Source of the DNA: an uncultured Hyphomicrobiales bacterium
Lineage (GTDB): Bacteria; Bacteroidota; Ignavibacteria; Kapaibacteriales; UBA2268
DNA: 64,000 bases
Direction: 5' to 3'
NCBI GenBank assembly: GCA_964498585.1
Contig: CAZCHH010000003.1
Location: 9,333-73,332 of the forward strand
Shown: piece after piece, positions 1-9,328 of the stretch
How the letters are laid out: every line of letters starts with the position of its first letter
Position numbering within the stretch: the stretch's first letter is position 1
Notes under the pieces: model-generated
What the model was told of the DNA's origin: nothing
What the model saw: the letters and a program-made list of their open reading frames with translations, nothing else
Databases searched by the model: none
Program-made: the position numbers and the translations under genes

Positions 1-490
1 TCTTACCATTAAATTTACAAAGAATTTCTTTAACAGAATTCATAGCTTTTTCTCCAGAAATATTAACAGAAGTAGCTGCTATTGGTTTTCCAAATTTCTC
101 AATTAATTTTAAACAAGTATCGTTCTTCGGAAATCTTACTGCTATATTTTCAGTTTCAGGATAATTCTTAATTTCTTTTCTTTTTTTTAGAATAATTGAT
201 AAAGGTCCGGGAAGGAACGCATCAGCAAGAATATAAAACTCTTCTGGTATAGATTCACAAAGCATATTTGCCATATTTAAATTTGAAATATGAGCAGCGA
301 GAGGTTTTGCCTCTTCCCTGTTCTTTAATTCAAAAATTTTTTTACAGGCATTAATATTAAAAATATCTGCTCCCAAACCATAAACGGTTTCAGTAGGAAA
401 AACTATTACTTCTCCATTTTGTAGTAGTTCAGTTGCTTTTTCTATTGTTTTTTTTATTTCAATTTCACTATTAAAGAGTAAAGTTTTCAT
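1..490 (-). CDS. tsaC: L-threonylcarbamoyladenylate synthase (Sua5/YrdC/TsaC family), 5' portion only; the gene continues beyond the window start
   Basis: Reverse-strand ORF starting at the ATG whose complement lies at 488-490 (MKTLLFNSEIEIKKTIEKATELLQNGEVIVFPTETVYGLGAD...). The 'FPTETVYGLGAD' motif is the YrdC/Sua5 signature. The ORF runs off the window edge. Confidence 0.75.
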   Translation of the reverse strand, partial: MKTLLFNSEIEIKKTIEKATELLQNGEVIVFPTETVYGLGADIFNINACKKIFELKNREEAKPLAAHISNLNMANMLCESIPEEFYILADAFLPGPLSIILKKRKEIKNYPETENIAVRFPKNDTCLKLIEKFGKPIAATSVNISGEKAMNSVKEILCKFNGK

Positions 491-534
491 TATTTCTTTT
501 TTTTTAAAATATAATTTCATAAATTAAATATATT

Positions 535-3120
535 ATGAATAAAAATAAAGAAAATAATGAGGAAAATATGAAACCAGTAAAAAGTTTTATTGTAACTGCC
601 CACTTACCAGAGAATCTATCAAAGCTTAAAGAATTGGCTTATAACTATTGGTGGTGTTGGAATTCTGACGCAAAGGAACTATTTATAAGAACAAACCGTT
701 CGCTTTGGGAAGAAGTAAATCACAATCCAGTGCTATTAATCAATAAATTAAGTCAGGAACAATTAAAAGAGCTTTCTGAACAAGCAGATTACACTAGTTT
801 CATTGATTATATTTATGAAAAATTTCAAAAGTACATAAAAGCAAAAACCTGGTACCAAACCCAAAACAACAGTTCAAAAGGCGTTATTGCTTATTTTTCA
901 ACAGAATATGGAATTAACGAAAGTTTTCCAAATTATTCCGGTGGCTTAGGAATTCTATCCGGCGACCATTTAAAATCTTCAAGTGATTTAGGGCTGCCGC
1001 TTGTAGGAGTTGGGCTTCTATATCAGCAGGGATATTTCAGACAACACTTAACCCAACATGGCTGGCAAACTGAAATATATTCTGATAACGACTTTTTTTC
1101 GATGCCACTAATACTTCAACGTGATTCTTCGGGTAACCCAATTTTAGGAGAAGTCGATTTACCGCTTGGCAGATGCTATTTCCAAATATGGATGCTTAAA
1201 ATAGGAAGAGTCCCTCTTTATCTAATTGATACTAATATTGACCAAAACTCAAATCAAGATTACAAAGACATTACAAATGCGCTTTATGGTGGCGACAGAG
1301 AAACAAGGATTCAGCAGGAAATTGTTCTTGGTATTGGCGGAATGCGAGCTTTAAAGCAACTGGGAATCGTTCCCGAAGTAGTTCATATTAACGAAGGACA
1401 CGCTGCATTTGCTCTTCTTGAAAGAGCACGAATGTACAAAGAAAAATTCAATATTGACTTTCGTTCTGCAAAGCAAATTGTTAAAACAAGTTCAATTTTT
1501 ACTACACATACTCCCGTTCCAGCCGGTAATGAAACATTTAAAGTTGATAAGATTGATACTTATTTTAGTAAATATATAAATGAATTAGGAATTACGCGAG
1601 AAAACTTCATCGAACTTGGACAAACAAATGGTTTCAATAGTAATGAAGATTTTTCTATGACAATCGTAGGACTTAAACTAACTTCATACCACAATGGAGT
1701 TAGTAAACTTCATGGCAATGTTGCAAGAAAAATGTGGAAAAGTATTTGGAAGTGTTTTCCTGATGATGAAGTCCCGATTAAATCTGTTACAAATGGAATC
1801 CATACTATGACCTGGGTTGCACGTGAATTTTCAGAATTATTTGACAGGTATTTAACTCCAAGATGGAGAACTGACTCGGACAATCAGGAATTATGGGAAA
1901 AAATTGAAACAATTCCAGCGGAAGAAATTTGGCGTGAAAAACAAAGACGGCGTATTCGCTTGGTGCTTTTTGCACGTCAATACCTTCAAAGCAAACAAAA
2001 GCAATTTTTAGTGCCAGAACAAATTTCTCAAATTAATAATTATTTAGACCCTGAAGCTCTTACTATTGGATTTGCACGCCGTTTTGCTACATACAAACGT
2101 GCAATGCTGCTTTTCAAGGATATGGACCGGCTGTATAAAATCCTGACTAATCCTGAACGGCCTGTTCAAATTATTCTTGCTGGCAAAGCTCATCCACACG
2201 ATACTCAAGGAAAGGAAGCAATCCAAAGTATAATACACAAAATAAGGACTTATCATTTGGAAAAGCATATTGTTTTCCTTGAAGATTACGATATGGTAAT
2301 TGCACGCTTTATGGTTAAAGGATGCGATGTGTGGCTTAATACACCTATCAGACCTATGGAAGCAAGCGGAACAAGTGGAATGAAAGCTGCGCTTAACGGA
2401 ACATTAAATTTCAGTATTCTCGATGGATGGTGGGACGAAGCTTATAATGGGTCAAACGGTTTTTGCATTGGACGTGGCGAGGAATATACTAATTACGAAG
2501 AACAGGAAATTATCGAATCAGGCGCACTTTATGACGTCCTCGAGCAGCAAATTATTCCTATGTTTTATTATAGAAAACAAGGTAACCGACTCCCCGATAA
2601 ATGGGTTGCTTTTATGAAGAATAGTATTAGTACTATTGCAGGTAATTTTTCTTCTCAAAGAATGGTTAAAGATTATTCTAATGTTTTTTATATTCCAGCT
2701 CTAAAAAATTATCAGAATTTAATTTCAAACAACGGAGCCAAAGCTGTTAAGCTAAAAGAATGGAAAGATACAATCAGGAATCAATGGGATACTGTTGATA
2801 TTATTTCTGTGGAAATGAAAGAAAACGGTGAGTATTACGTTGGGAAGCCCATTAGTGTTCAAGCTATAGTATCTTTGGGAAATTTAACTACTGATGATGT
2901 AGATGTGCAAGTATATTACGGAACTGTTAATTCAAATAATGAAATTGAAAAACCTAATTTCGTCTCTCTCAATCTTAGTAAATCACAGGGAAATATTCAC
3001 AATTATGAAGGAACTTATATTTGTTCTGATACAGGCAAGCAAGGTTTCACAATCAGAGTATTACCAAAACACCCATTAATAGTGGATTCAACTGACTTAT
3101 ATCGTTGCTGCTGGGCGTAG
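535..3120 (+). CDS. glgP: alpha-glucan phosphorylase (glycosyltransferase family 35, GlgP/MalP-like)
   Basis: 861-aa ORF with 'GLGILSGDHLKSSSDLGLPLVGVGLLYQQGYF' and the pyridoxal-phosphate lysine region 'EASGTSGMKAALNGTLNFSILDGWWDE', both typical of alpha-glucan phosphorylases. A hairpin terminator follows. Confidence 0.9.
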   Translation: MNKNKENNEENMKPVKSFIVTAHLPENLSKLKELAYNYWWCWNSDAKELFIRTNRSLWEEVNHNPVLLINKLSQEQLKELSEQADYTSFIDYIYEKFQKYIKAKTWYQTQNNSSKGVIAYFSTEYGINESFPNYSGGLGILSGDHLKSSSDLGLPLVGVGLLYQQGYFRQHLTQHGWQTEIYSDNDFFSMPLILQRDSSGNPILGEVDLPLGRCYFQIWMLKIGRVPLYLIDTNIDQNSNQDYKDITNALYGGDRETRIQQEIVLGIGGMRALKQLGIVPEVVHINEGHAAFALLERARMYKEKFNIDFRSAKQIVKTSSIFTTHTPVPAGNETFKVDKIDTYFSKYINELGITRENFIELGQTNGFNSNEDFSMTIVGLKLTSYHNGVSKLHGNVARKMWKSIWKCFPDDEVPIKSVTNGIHTMTWVAREFSELFDRYLTPRWRTDSDNQELWEKIETIPAEEIWREKQRRRIRLVLFARQYLQSKQKQFLVPEQISQINNYLDPEALTIGFARRFATYKRAMLLFKDMDRLYKILTNPERPVQIILAGKAHPHDTQGKEAIQSIIHKIRTYHLEKHIVFLEDYDMVIARFMVKGCDVWLNTPIRPMEASGTSGMKAALNGTLNFSILDGWWDEAYNGSNGFCIGRGEEYTNYEEQEIIESGALYDVLEQQIIPMFYYRKQGNRLPDKWVAFMKNSISTIAGNFSSQRMVKDYSNVFYIPALKNYQNLISNNGAKAVKLKEWKDTIRNQWDTVDIISVEMKENGEYYVGKPISVQAIVSLGNLTTDDVDVQVYYGTVNSNNEIEKPNFVSLNLSKSQGNIHNYEGTYICSDTGKQGFTIRVLPKHPLIVDSTDLYRCCWA

Positions 3121-3202
3121 GTATTAACGAAGGTCATCTCTGATGAATTTTTATTTCCATTCATACTAACAGCAAACTGTTAGCATTTAATTTCTCATCA
3201 AA

Positions 3203-3241
3203 CTCCTTCCCAAGTGCAACTCGGGAAGGAGAAAATTTTTT
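3203..3241 (+). terminator. rho-independent terminator hairpin (ctccttcccaagtgcaactcgggaaggag plus T-run) after glgP
   Basis: A 10-11 bp inverted repeat followed by 'aaaatttttt', 80 nt after the glgP stop. It belongs to the recurrent 'cccaagtgcaacttggg' hairpin family. Confidence 0.6.
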
Positions 3242-3565
3242 CATTTGTATTAAAATTCTTACCGATTAATTAATTGAGGATTTCAAAATAAGAGAACTTA
3301 TATTAAGAATATAACTGAACTTAAAAATTCCCTTAATTATTCCATTTTTTACCAGTATTTTTTTCTATATTTATATGAATTCTGTTTCTATTGCAATGAT
3401 TCATTCAATTCAAATACTATTTACATCTTTCATTTTATTATTATTATTAATTATTTCTTTAATAATTTTAATATATTTATTCATTTATTTATTTAACGTA
3501 TAAATTTATTTAGTTATCGTATTGATTTTATTTATTAAAATATATATTCTTTAATTAATTTAATT

Positions 3566-3790
3566 ACTATTTTGATTGATTGAATCACTACTTTGAATAA
3601 TTATATTACTACTTTGATTAATTTAATTACTACTTTGATTAATTTAATTACTACTTTGATTGATTTAATTACTACTTTGATTAATTTAATTATTACTTTG
3701 ATTGATTAAATCACTACTTTGAATAGTTAAATTACTACTTTAAATAGTTAAATTACTACTTTAATTAAATTAATTACTACTTTATATATT
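3566..3790. repeat. tandem array of about 10 copies of a 22-bp unit (attactactttgattaatttaa and variants)
   Basis: Direct reading shows repeated 'attactactttgattaatttaattactactttgattgatttaatt...' with point variants (gattgatt/gattaatt, gaatagttaa). It has no spacers and lies in an 840-bp AT-rich intergenic region. Confidence 0.85.
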
Positions 3791-3963
3791 GAAGCAGTGA
3801 AATTTTCAAAGAAAAATCAAAAAAATAAAAAATAATTATTCAGGAATAAAAATAAATTATTAATTTTATCAATATAATTATGAATATTATTAATTTGGTA
3901 ATAAAATTTAATAAAAACTTTTTCAAAATTCAGTAAACAAGCAACTTAGCAATAGGTTTTATA

Positions 3964-4842
3964 ATGAAAAAACAAGTGCAATATTCATTTTATTTATTTG
4001 TTGTATTAACAATAATTAATTCTCTTTTTCTTTCATGCGACAGGCAAAAGCAAGACCCAAAAGAAGAGTTAATAAACAAATATGATACCTTGCTCACTGA
4101 TGAAAATTTTAATTATTTAATCAATACTCAGGATTTTATTGAATATTTTTTATTGCTAAAAAAACAGAATGCAATCTATAATGATTCTCTTGCAAAGCCA
4201 ACAGTATTTGAGCAAGCATCTTCAAGAAAAACAATGCTTCTTCGTTTTGGAATACTTTGCTCAGATATTGCATACAAGCGAATTGTAGGTGAGAAAAAGA
4301 CTTTGCCGGAATACGGCAAGCTTTTTCAAAAATATGTTAATGAGTTAAATATTAAATCATTTTTTAATATTAATTACAATAGTTTTTTTCATATTTTATC
4401 TACTCAGGAAATTACTGATTCCCTTTTATCTGAATTATTAAAAAAAATAAGAGACGAAAGAAAACTAATGTTTGAAAAGGCAAAATTGATAGATTTGGAT
4501 TTCATCGTCTATTATACACTCGGAGCTGCTTTGGAGCAAAGTTATTTTACTGTTAAATCCATTCTTAGCGACAAAACAAATTGCTATTTAGCAAAAATAA
4601 TTGAGCAAAATAAGTTATTAGACAAAACCAACACATTTTCTTCCTGGAAATTTTTAAAAATTACAAATGAATTTGTTTCGGATAATCCTAGATTAATTGA
4701 ATTTAAAAAAGAAATCAGTAAAGCAAAAAGCATTTATGATATTATTCTTGATAGAATTGAAAATGGTAAAGATTTTACAATGCAGGATATTCTTGATTTA
4801 GACAAGTTCATTACTTTATATAGAAATGAAATATTAAATTAA
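3964..4842 (+). CDS. hypothetical lipoprotein (paralog 1 of a tandem pair)
   Basis: Signal peptide with a lipobox-like 'LFLSCD'. It is homologous to the next ORF ('LRFGILCSDIAYKRIVG' vs 'IRFGMLCSDIAYMKIVG'; 'ELINKYDTLL' vs 'ELIEQFDTLL'). Confidence 0.7.
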   Translation: MKKQVQYSFYLFVVLTIINSLFLSCDRQKQDPKEELINKYDTLLTDENFNYLINTQDFIEYFLLLKKQNAIYNDSLAKPTVFEQASSRKTMLLRFGILCSDIAYKRIVGEKKTLPEYGKLFQKYVNELNIKSFFNINYNSFFHILSTQEITDSLLSELLKKIRDERKLMFEKAKLIDLDFIVYYTLGAALEQSYFTVKSILSDKTNCYLAKIIEQNKLLDKTNTFSSWKFLKITNEFVSDNPRLIEFKKEISKAKSIYDIILDRIENGKDFTMQDILDLDKFITLYRNEILN

Positions 4843-4866
4843 TTATTTTTATTAAAGGAAATTATT

Positions 4867-5733
4867 ATGTTTTTATTTTCAAAATCAAATTTAATAACAT
4901 TCATCATTTTAACTTCTATTCTTTGTATTCTTTTTTCCTGCAGTAAGCAGGAACCAGAGCCGAAAACAGAATTGATTGAGCAATTTGATACTTTACTAAA
5001 TCAGGAGCATATAACACATTTAGAAAAAGCCATAGACTTTATGGAATTTTTTATTTATTTAAAGAAAATTGATGTTCCTTTTTCTGATTTAGTTGCAAAA
5101 CCTGAGCAATACGAAAAATCTACAGACAGGCGAAATAAAATAATCCGATTTGGTATGCTTTGTTCTGATATTGCATATATGAAAATTGTTGGTGGTTTAG
5201 CTCAAACTCCTCTTTACGATAAACTTTTTGAAAGATATATTAAAGATTTAAATTTAACTTCTATTATGAAGAATTCTTTTGAGGAATATAAAAATATTAT
5301 TCAAAAAAAAGATTTATCTGAGAGTTTATTCGAAGATTTAAAAGAGAAATTACGTATGGACAGAGTTATCTTTGTGAACAAGACTAAAGATTTAGATGAT
5401 GTTTTTTTGATTTACTTTACCATTGGTAATGCAATTGAGCAGCTATATTTGCTGGAAACTTTAAAAAATGATAGCCAATACAAAGAAAAAATCAAGAAAA
5501 TCAATGATTATATAAAAGCAAATGGTGCTCCAATTCCATATTTATTTAATGATATTTGGAACAGCCAGTTCAAAGATGCACCACATCAAATATGTCACGA
5601 ATATGTTTTGAAAGTAAAACCAATTTATCAGATTATTTTAAATAAAATCAAGGACCAAACAGATTATACTGATGAAGAATTGCTTTTTATTAGTAAAAAA
5701 ACATCTGAATTAAGAAGTGAATTTCTGAAATAA
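4867..5733 (+). CDS. hypothetical lipoprotein (paralog 2 of the tandem pair)
   Basis: Signal peptide with 'LFSCS'. Clear paralogy to 3964..4842 along the whole length. Confidence 0.7.
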   Translation: MFLFSKSNLITFIILTSILCILFSCSKQEPEPKTELIEQFDTLLNQEHITHLEKAIDFMEFFIYLKKIDVPFSDLVAKPEQYEKSTDRRNKIIRFGMLCSDIAYMKIVGGLAQTPLYDKLFERYIKDLNLTSIMKNSFEEYKNIIQKKDLSESLFEDLKEKLRMDRVIFVNKTKDLDDVFLIYFTIGNAIEQLYLLETLKNDSQYKEKIKKINDYIKANGAPIPYLFNDIWNSQFKDAPHQICHEYVLKVKPIYQIILNKIKDQTDYTDEELLFISKKTSELRSEFLK

Positions 5734-5829
5734 GAAAATGCAATTTTTTGTAAATCTTTCATATTTGTCCTTCGCTCATAATGAGAAATAAATATCTTTA
5801 AAATATAGCAATTATACAAAGGAATTTCT

Positions 5830-6021
5830 ATGGGAGCAAAATTAACACAGTTCTACGAAGAAGCTAAGAAAATCGGTGGTATAAAAGCTCAGATGCGTAT
5901 GGCTATTCTAACAAAAATGCCGAGTACTCAAGCTTCAATATCACCTGATTCTCAAGAAAATATTAATATTTTCCAAAATGCTTTAAATGAAATTAAAAAA
6001 GAAAGTGGGAGAATAATATGA
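5830..6021 (+). CDS. small hypothetical protein (63 aa), first gene of a 3-gene operon
   Basis: AGGA 8 nt upstream of the ATG. Its stop overlaps the next start (ATGA), implying translational coupling. Confidence 0.5.
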   Translation: MGAKLTQFYEEAKKIGGIKAQMRMAILTKMPSTQASISPDSQENINIFQNALNEIKKESGRII

Positions 6022-6545
6022 GTAGAGTTCTAAAACAGGAATTTATTATCGAAAGATTTTTCGATGCTAACAATAAAAGGCACTATTTAAATGGTGAATT
6101 AAGCGTTCTGCACTGCCACCATTACGCTGTGCTTTATACTCAACTTGCTCTTGATGCAAAAGAAACGAAAATTATAAGTGAGGTTGCCGAAGAGACTTTT
6201 TATAAAGTAATAACAGAATATTTCCAAAAGCATCAGATCAATAAATTAGAAGACAGAATAGCAATAGCTTCGGAATATTATTCTGTAATTGGATTAGGAC
6301 AATTGATAGTAAAATTTGCCGGCTTAGATTCTGGCATTGTAGAAGTTCCGGTTTCTCATATTGATGCTGGCTGGAGAAGGAAATGGGGCGATTATGATAA
6401 ACCAGTTAATTATATAACAGCTGGTTTTATAAGTGCTATGTTTTCTGCAATTTTCGATAAGCCCTTATTCTACTTTAAAGTTGTTGAAACAAAAAGCATA
6501 GTAATGGGAGATAAAGTTTCTTTTTTCAAAATTAATCATTTATAG
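6018..6545 (+). CDS. V4R-like (4-vinyl reductase / hydrocarbon-binding-like) domain protein, paralog A
   Basis: Pattern 'IGLGQLIVKFAGLDSGIVEVPVSHIDAGW...NYITAGFISAMFSAIFD' resembles the V4R domain consensus (G.G....v.e....e...C.f.aGfi.G). The assignment is tentative. It is translationally coupled to its neighbours. Confidence 0.5.
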   Translation: MSRVLKQEFIIERFFDANNKRHYLNGELSVLHCHHYAVLYTQLALDAKETKIISEVAEETFYKVITEYFQKHQINKLEDRIAIASEYYSVIGLGQLIVKFAGLDSGIVEVPVSHIDAGWRRKWGDYDKPVNYITAGFISAMFSAIFDKPLFYFKVVETKSIVMGDKVSFFKINHL

Positions 6546-6554
6546 GAGAATGAT

Positions 6555-7157
6555 ATGGCTATAGATAGAAAGAAAATCATTGAAGAAATGGCTAAAGTTA
6601 GCGTAGAAAGCAATGAAGAAGGTATTATTGAAGCTTTCAATGTGATGGTAAATCAACTACCAGCAGTATTTTGGAACTCATTTGCCGAACGTCTTACAAG
6701 GAAATCATCTCCGGAAATGATGGAAGCAACTGAATTTTTACTTGTTAATGCTGCACGTGAATGTGGCTATCATACTGGCTATGGAATTATTACTTCTGAA
6801 GAGTGGAAAAGATTAGTTGCTCCAATGATTGATAAAACTCCAAAAGATATTTTGCATGGTGCTTATGCTGTAATTTCAGCTTGGGGTTGGGCTAATGCTG
6901 AGATTGTTGAACTCCTTCCCGGAGAAAAAATGGTTATTCGTGCTTATAATTATTACGAATCCGATGTTGTTAAGTACGGGAAATCAGATAAAATGAACGC
7001 ATATATGATTCGTGGAATTTCTGCTGCTTTTATGGCTTTAGCTTATGCAGGCGAATATTCTCCTAAAGATACTAATAAACTTCATGCTTTTAATTGCCAA
7101 CAGATTAAAGGTATTGAATGTGGTGATGATTACGGAGAATTTATCGTTACAAAGTAA
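6555..7157 (+). CDS. V4R-like domain protein, paralog B
   Basis: 'ISAWGWANAEIVELLPGEKMVIRAYNYYESD...AYMIRGISAAFMALAYAG' has the same architecture as the preceding ORF. Good RBS 'aggaga'. Confidence 0.5.
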   Translation: MAIDRKKIIEEMAKVSVESNEEGIIEAFNVMVNQLPAVFWNSFAERLTRKSSPEMMEATEFLLVNAARECGYHTGYGIITSEEWKRLVAPMIDKTPKDILHGAYAVISAWGWANAEIVELLPGEKMVIRAYNYYESDVVKYGKSDKMNAYMIRGISAAFMALAYAGEYSPKDTNKLHAFNCQQIKGIECGDDYGEFIVTK

Positions 7158-7556
7158 TATATTACTAATTACATCTTTACATTTATTTGTTATTTTTTTT
7201 AATTCATTACTGAAAAATTGGTCTGGACTGGATGATAATTTTAGAACTTATAAATAAATTTAAGAGTTATTTTAAAAATGCAACACTGAGTAATTGAATA
7301 TGGCAACTAAATGCGATATTGTTCTTTATGAAGTAAATCTCCTAACACCTTTATTTTAATTATATTATCTGATATTTTGTTTTACTTTTAATTTATTTTG
7401 AGTTTCCAAAAGTTTGGAAACTAAGAGAAAGTTTAGTATTTTTATAATTAATTTTGTATCAATAATCCTAAATCATTTTTTGATATTGAATTAATTTACA
7501 TTTCAAAATAATGTTAAGTGAAAATTATAAGTTATTAATTTAAAATTAGCTTAAAT

Positions 7557-8537
7557 ATGGACAACAATAAAATTCAATTTTTATCTTTTATAATAATAGC
7601 AGTAGTATTTCTGTCGTCCTGTTCTGATAATTGCAATGAACCTACAAAAGAAGAGATAATTGGTTCTTATAAAGCTCATTTAGAAATAGTTGAGACTGTT
7701 ACCAATTCAATAGATGACGGATTGGAGCATATTTTTAATTCAGAAAAATATAAGGATATTAACAAAGTGCAAATAATTCAGGATTATTTAGAAAAAATCC
7801 GTTTTTTCTCTGATAATTCCGGTTATCTTTATTGCTATGATACTACTATGACAAATATAGCTCATCCAATACTTAAAAGCTATATTGGAACAAATCATCT
7901 AAACGACCAGGATGCTAACGGAAAATTCTTTGCTCTCGAAATGCAAGATAGTTTAAGAAAAGCTGGGCAGGGTGTAATTAGTCATTACTGGCTTAATCCG
8001 TCAAGCGGAGTTGATGAAGAAAAAATTGCATACATTAGATTAATTAACAATACCAAATACTTCATCGGTACTGGTTTCTTTAAAAGTTATTTGAAAGAAT
8101 GGAGTATATCAAAACTCGGTTTAAAAATGGAAGTAACACGTAATGCTGTCCAAGCAACTGCTCTTGGGCTTTCATATCTTTTCCAGACCAATTACAATAC
8201 AAAAGGAGAGCAAATTGAGTTTATGAAAACTTATATGGATTCTCTTCGGTTCTATAACGACAATTCAGGATATTTCTTCGTTGACGACACTAATCATTTT
8301 AGTATTGTTTTCCCAACAAGCAAGCACTACGAAGGAACTAGTTTAGTCGATTATCAAGACACAAAAGGGAATTATCCTGTTCGTCAAATGGTTGATATTA
8401 TAAAAAGGAATGGCAAAGGAAATACAGAATATTATTATATTAATCCGAAAAATGGAATTGAACAAAAGAAATTAGTATTTGTTGAAAAAATCAATGGAAC
8501 TGAATTTTTCATTGGTGCAGGAGTGTATGTGGAGTAG
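7557..8537 (+). CDS. lipoprotein with two tandem sCache_2-like extracytoplasmic sensor domains and no output domain
   Basis: Lipobox 'LSSCSD'. Two repeats match the sCache_2 hallmark: 'GYLYCYDTTMTNIAHP...ANGKFF...GQGVISHYWLNPSSGVDEEKIAYIRL...YFIGTGFF' and 'GYFFVDDTNHFSIVFP...TKGNYPVRQM...GKGNTEYYYINPKNGIEQKKLVFVEK...FFIGAGVY'. Confidence 0.75.
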   Translation: MDNNKIQFLSFIIIAVVFLSSCSDNCNEPTKEEIIGSYKAHLEIVETVTNSIDDGLEHIFNSEKYKDINKVQIIQDYLEKIRFFSDNSGYLYCYDTTMTNIAHPILKSYIGTNHLNDQDANGKFFALEMQDSLRKAGQGVISHYWLNPSSGVDEEKIAYIRLINNTKYFIGTGFFKSYLKEWSISKLGLKMEVTRNAVQATALGLSYLFQTNYNTKGEQIEFMKTYMDSLRFYNDNSGYFFVDDTNHFSIVFPTSKHYEGTSLVDYQDTKGNYPVRQMVDIIKRNGKGNTEYYYINPKNGIEQKKLVFVEKINGTEFFIGAGVYVE

Positions 8538-8632
8538 ATTAGAAAGATTAGATAGATTAGAAAGATTAGAAAGATTAGAAAGATTAGATAGATTAGATAG
8601 TTTAGATAGATTAGATAGATTAGAAAATAATT
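8535..8632. repeat. 9-bp microsatellite (GATTAGAWA)x~11 that begins at the stop codon of the Cache lipoprotein gene
   Basis: Sequence 'tagattagaaagattagatagattagaaagattagaaagattagaaagattagatagattagatagtttagatagattagatagattagaaaat'. Confidence 0.85.
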
Positions 8633-8880
8633 GACATTTTAAAATATTACTTAGTTAAATTTGTAAAAAATAAATTTGAAAACGCATTTATGAGTCCTCT
8701 CAAAAAAAGTCATACCTGTGAATACGGTTATCTAAAAACCATACTGGGAGTGGAATTTCGATTTCTCAGAAATGACATTTCATAGTTATTAGACTGGATG
8801 CATTTGTAATAAATTTATTATAATAACATAATTATATAACATTAAAATACTATAAATAAACAAACTATTAAATTAAAACT

Positions 8881-9270
8881 ATGGAAAAAACATTTCATAA
8901 ATATAGTTTTGAAAACCTTGAAGTATGGCAAATGGCAAAAGATTTTGTTAAAGATATTTATTTACTAACTAATACATTTCCAAATTTTGAGAAGTATTCT
9001 CTTACTAGTCATATAAACAGAGCAGCAATATCAATAGCTTCAAATATTGCTGAAGGCAGTACAAGAACAAATTTTAAAGACCAAGCTAGATTTTCTCAAA
9101 TAGCTTAAGGTTCATTAATGGAAATTCTTTGCCAAATCATTATAGCTAGAGAGTTAAATTATATTAATGATGAAGATTATTATAAATTAAGAAAAAAAAT
9201 TGAAACTATTTCATTTAAAATCAATTCATTGAGAAAATATCAATTAAAGAAAATCACGACTAAACAATGA
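8881..9270 (+). pseudogene. four-helix-bundle protein (23S rRNA intervening-sequence protein family) interrupted by an in-frame TAA at 9106..9108
   Basis: The N-terminal 75 aa ('...NIAEGSTRTNFKDQARFSQIA*') continue in the same frame after the TAA as 'GSLMEILCQIIIARELNYINDEDYYKLRKKIETISFKINSLRKY...'. The family-conserved 'F..IAKGSL.E' motif spans the stop, which sits where Lys is expected. Confidence 0.6.
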
Positions 9271-9328
9271 AATACTAAGCAAAAAAAATCTAAACAAAAA
9301 AAATCTAAACAATGAAAATCTAAACTAT

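Noticed and set aside
3566-3790. Possible CRISPR array from the 22-bp tandem repeat
   Set aside because: Units are head-to-tail with no spacers. It is a minisatellite or iteron-like array, not repeat-spacer architecture.
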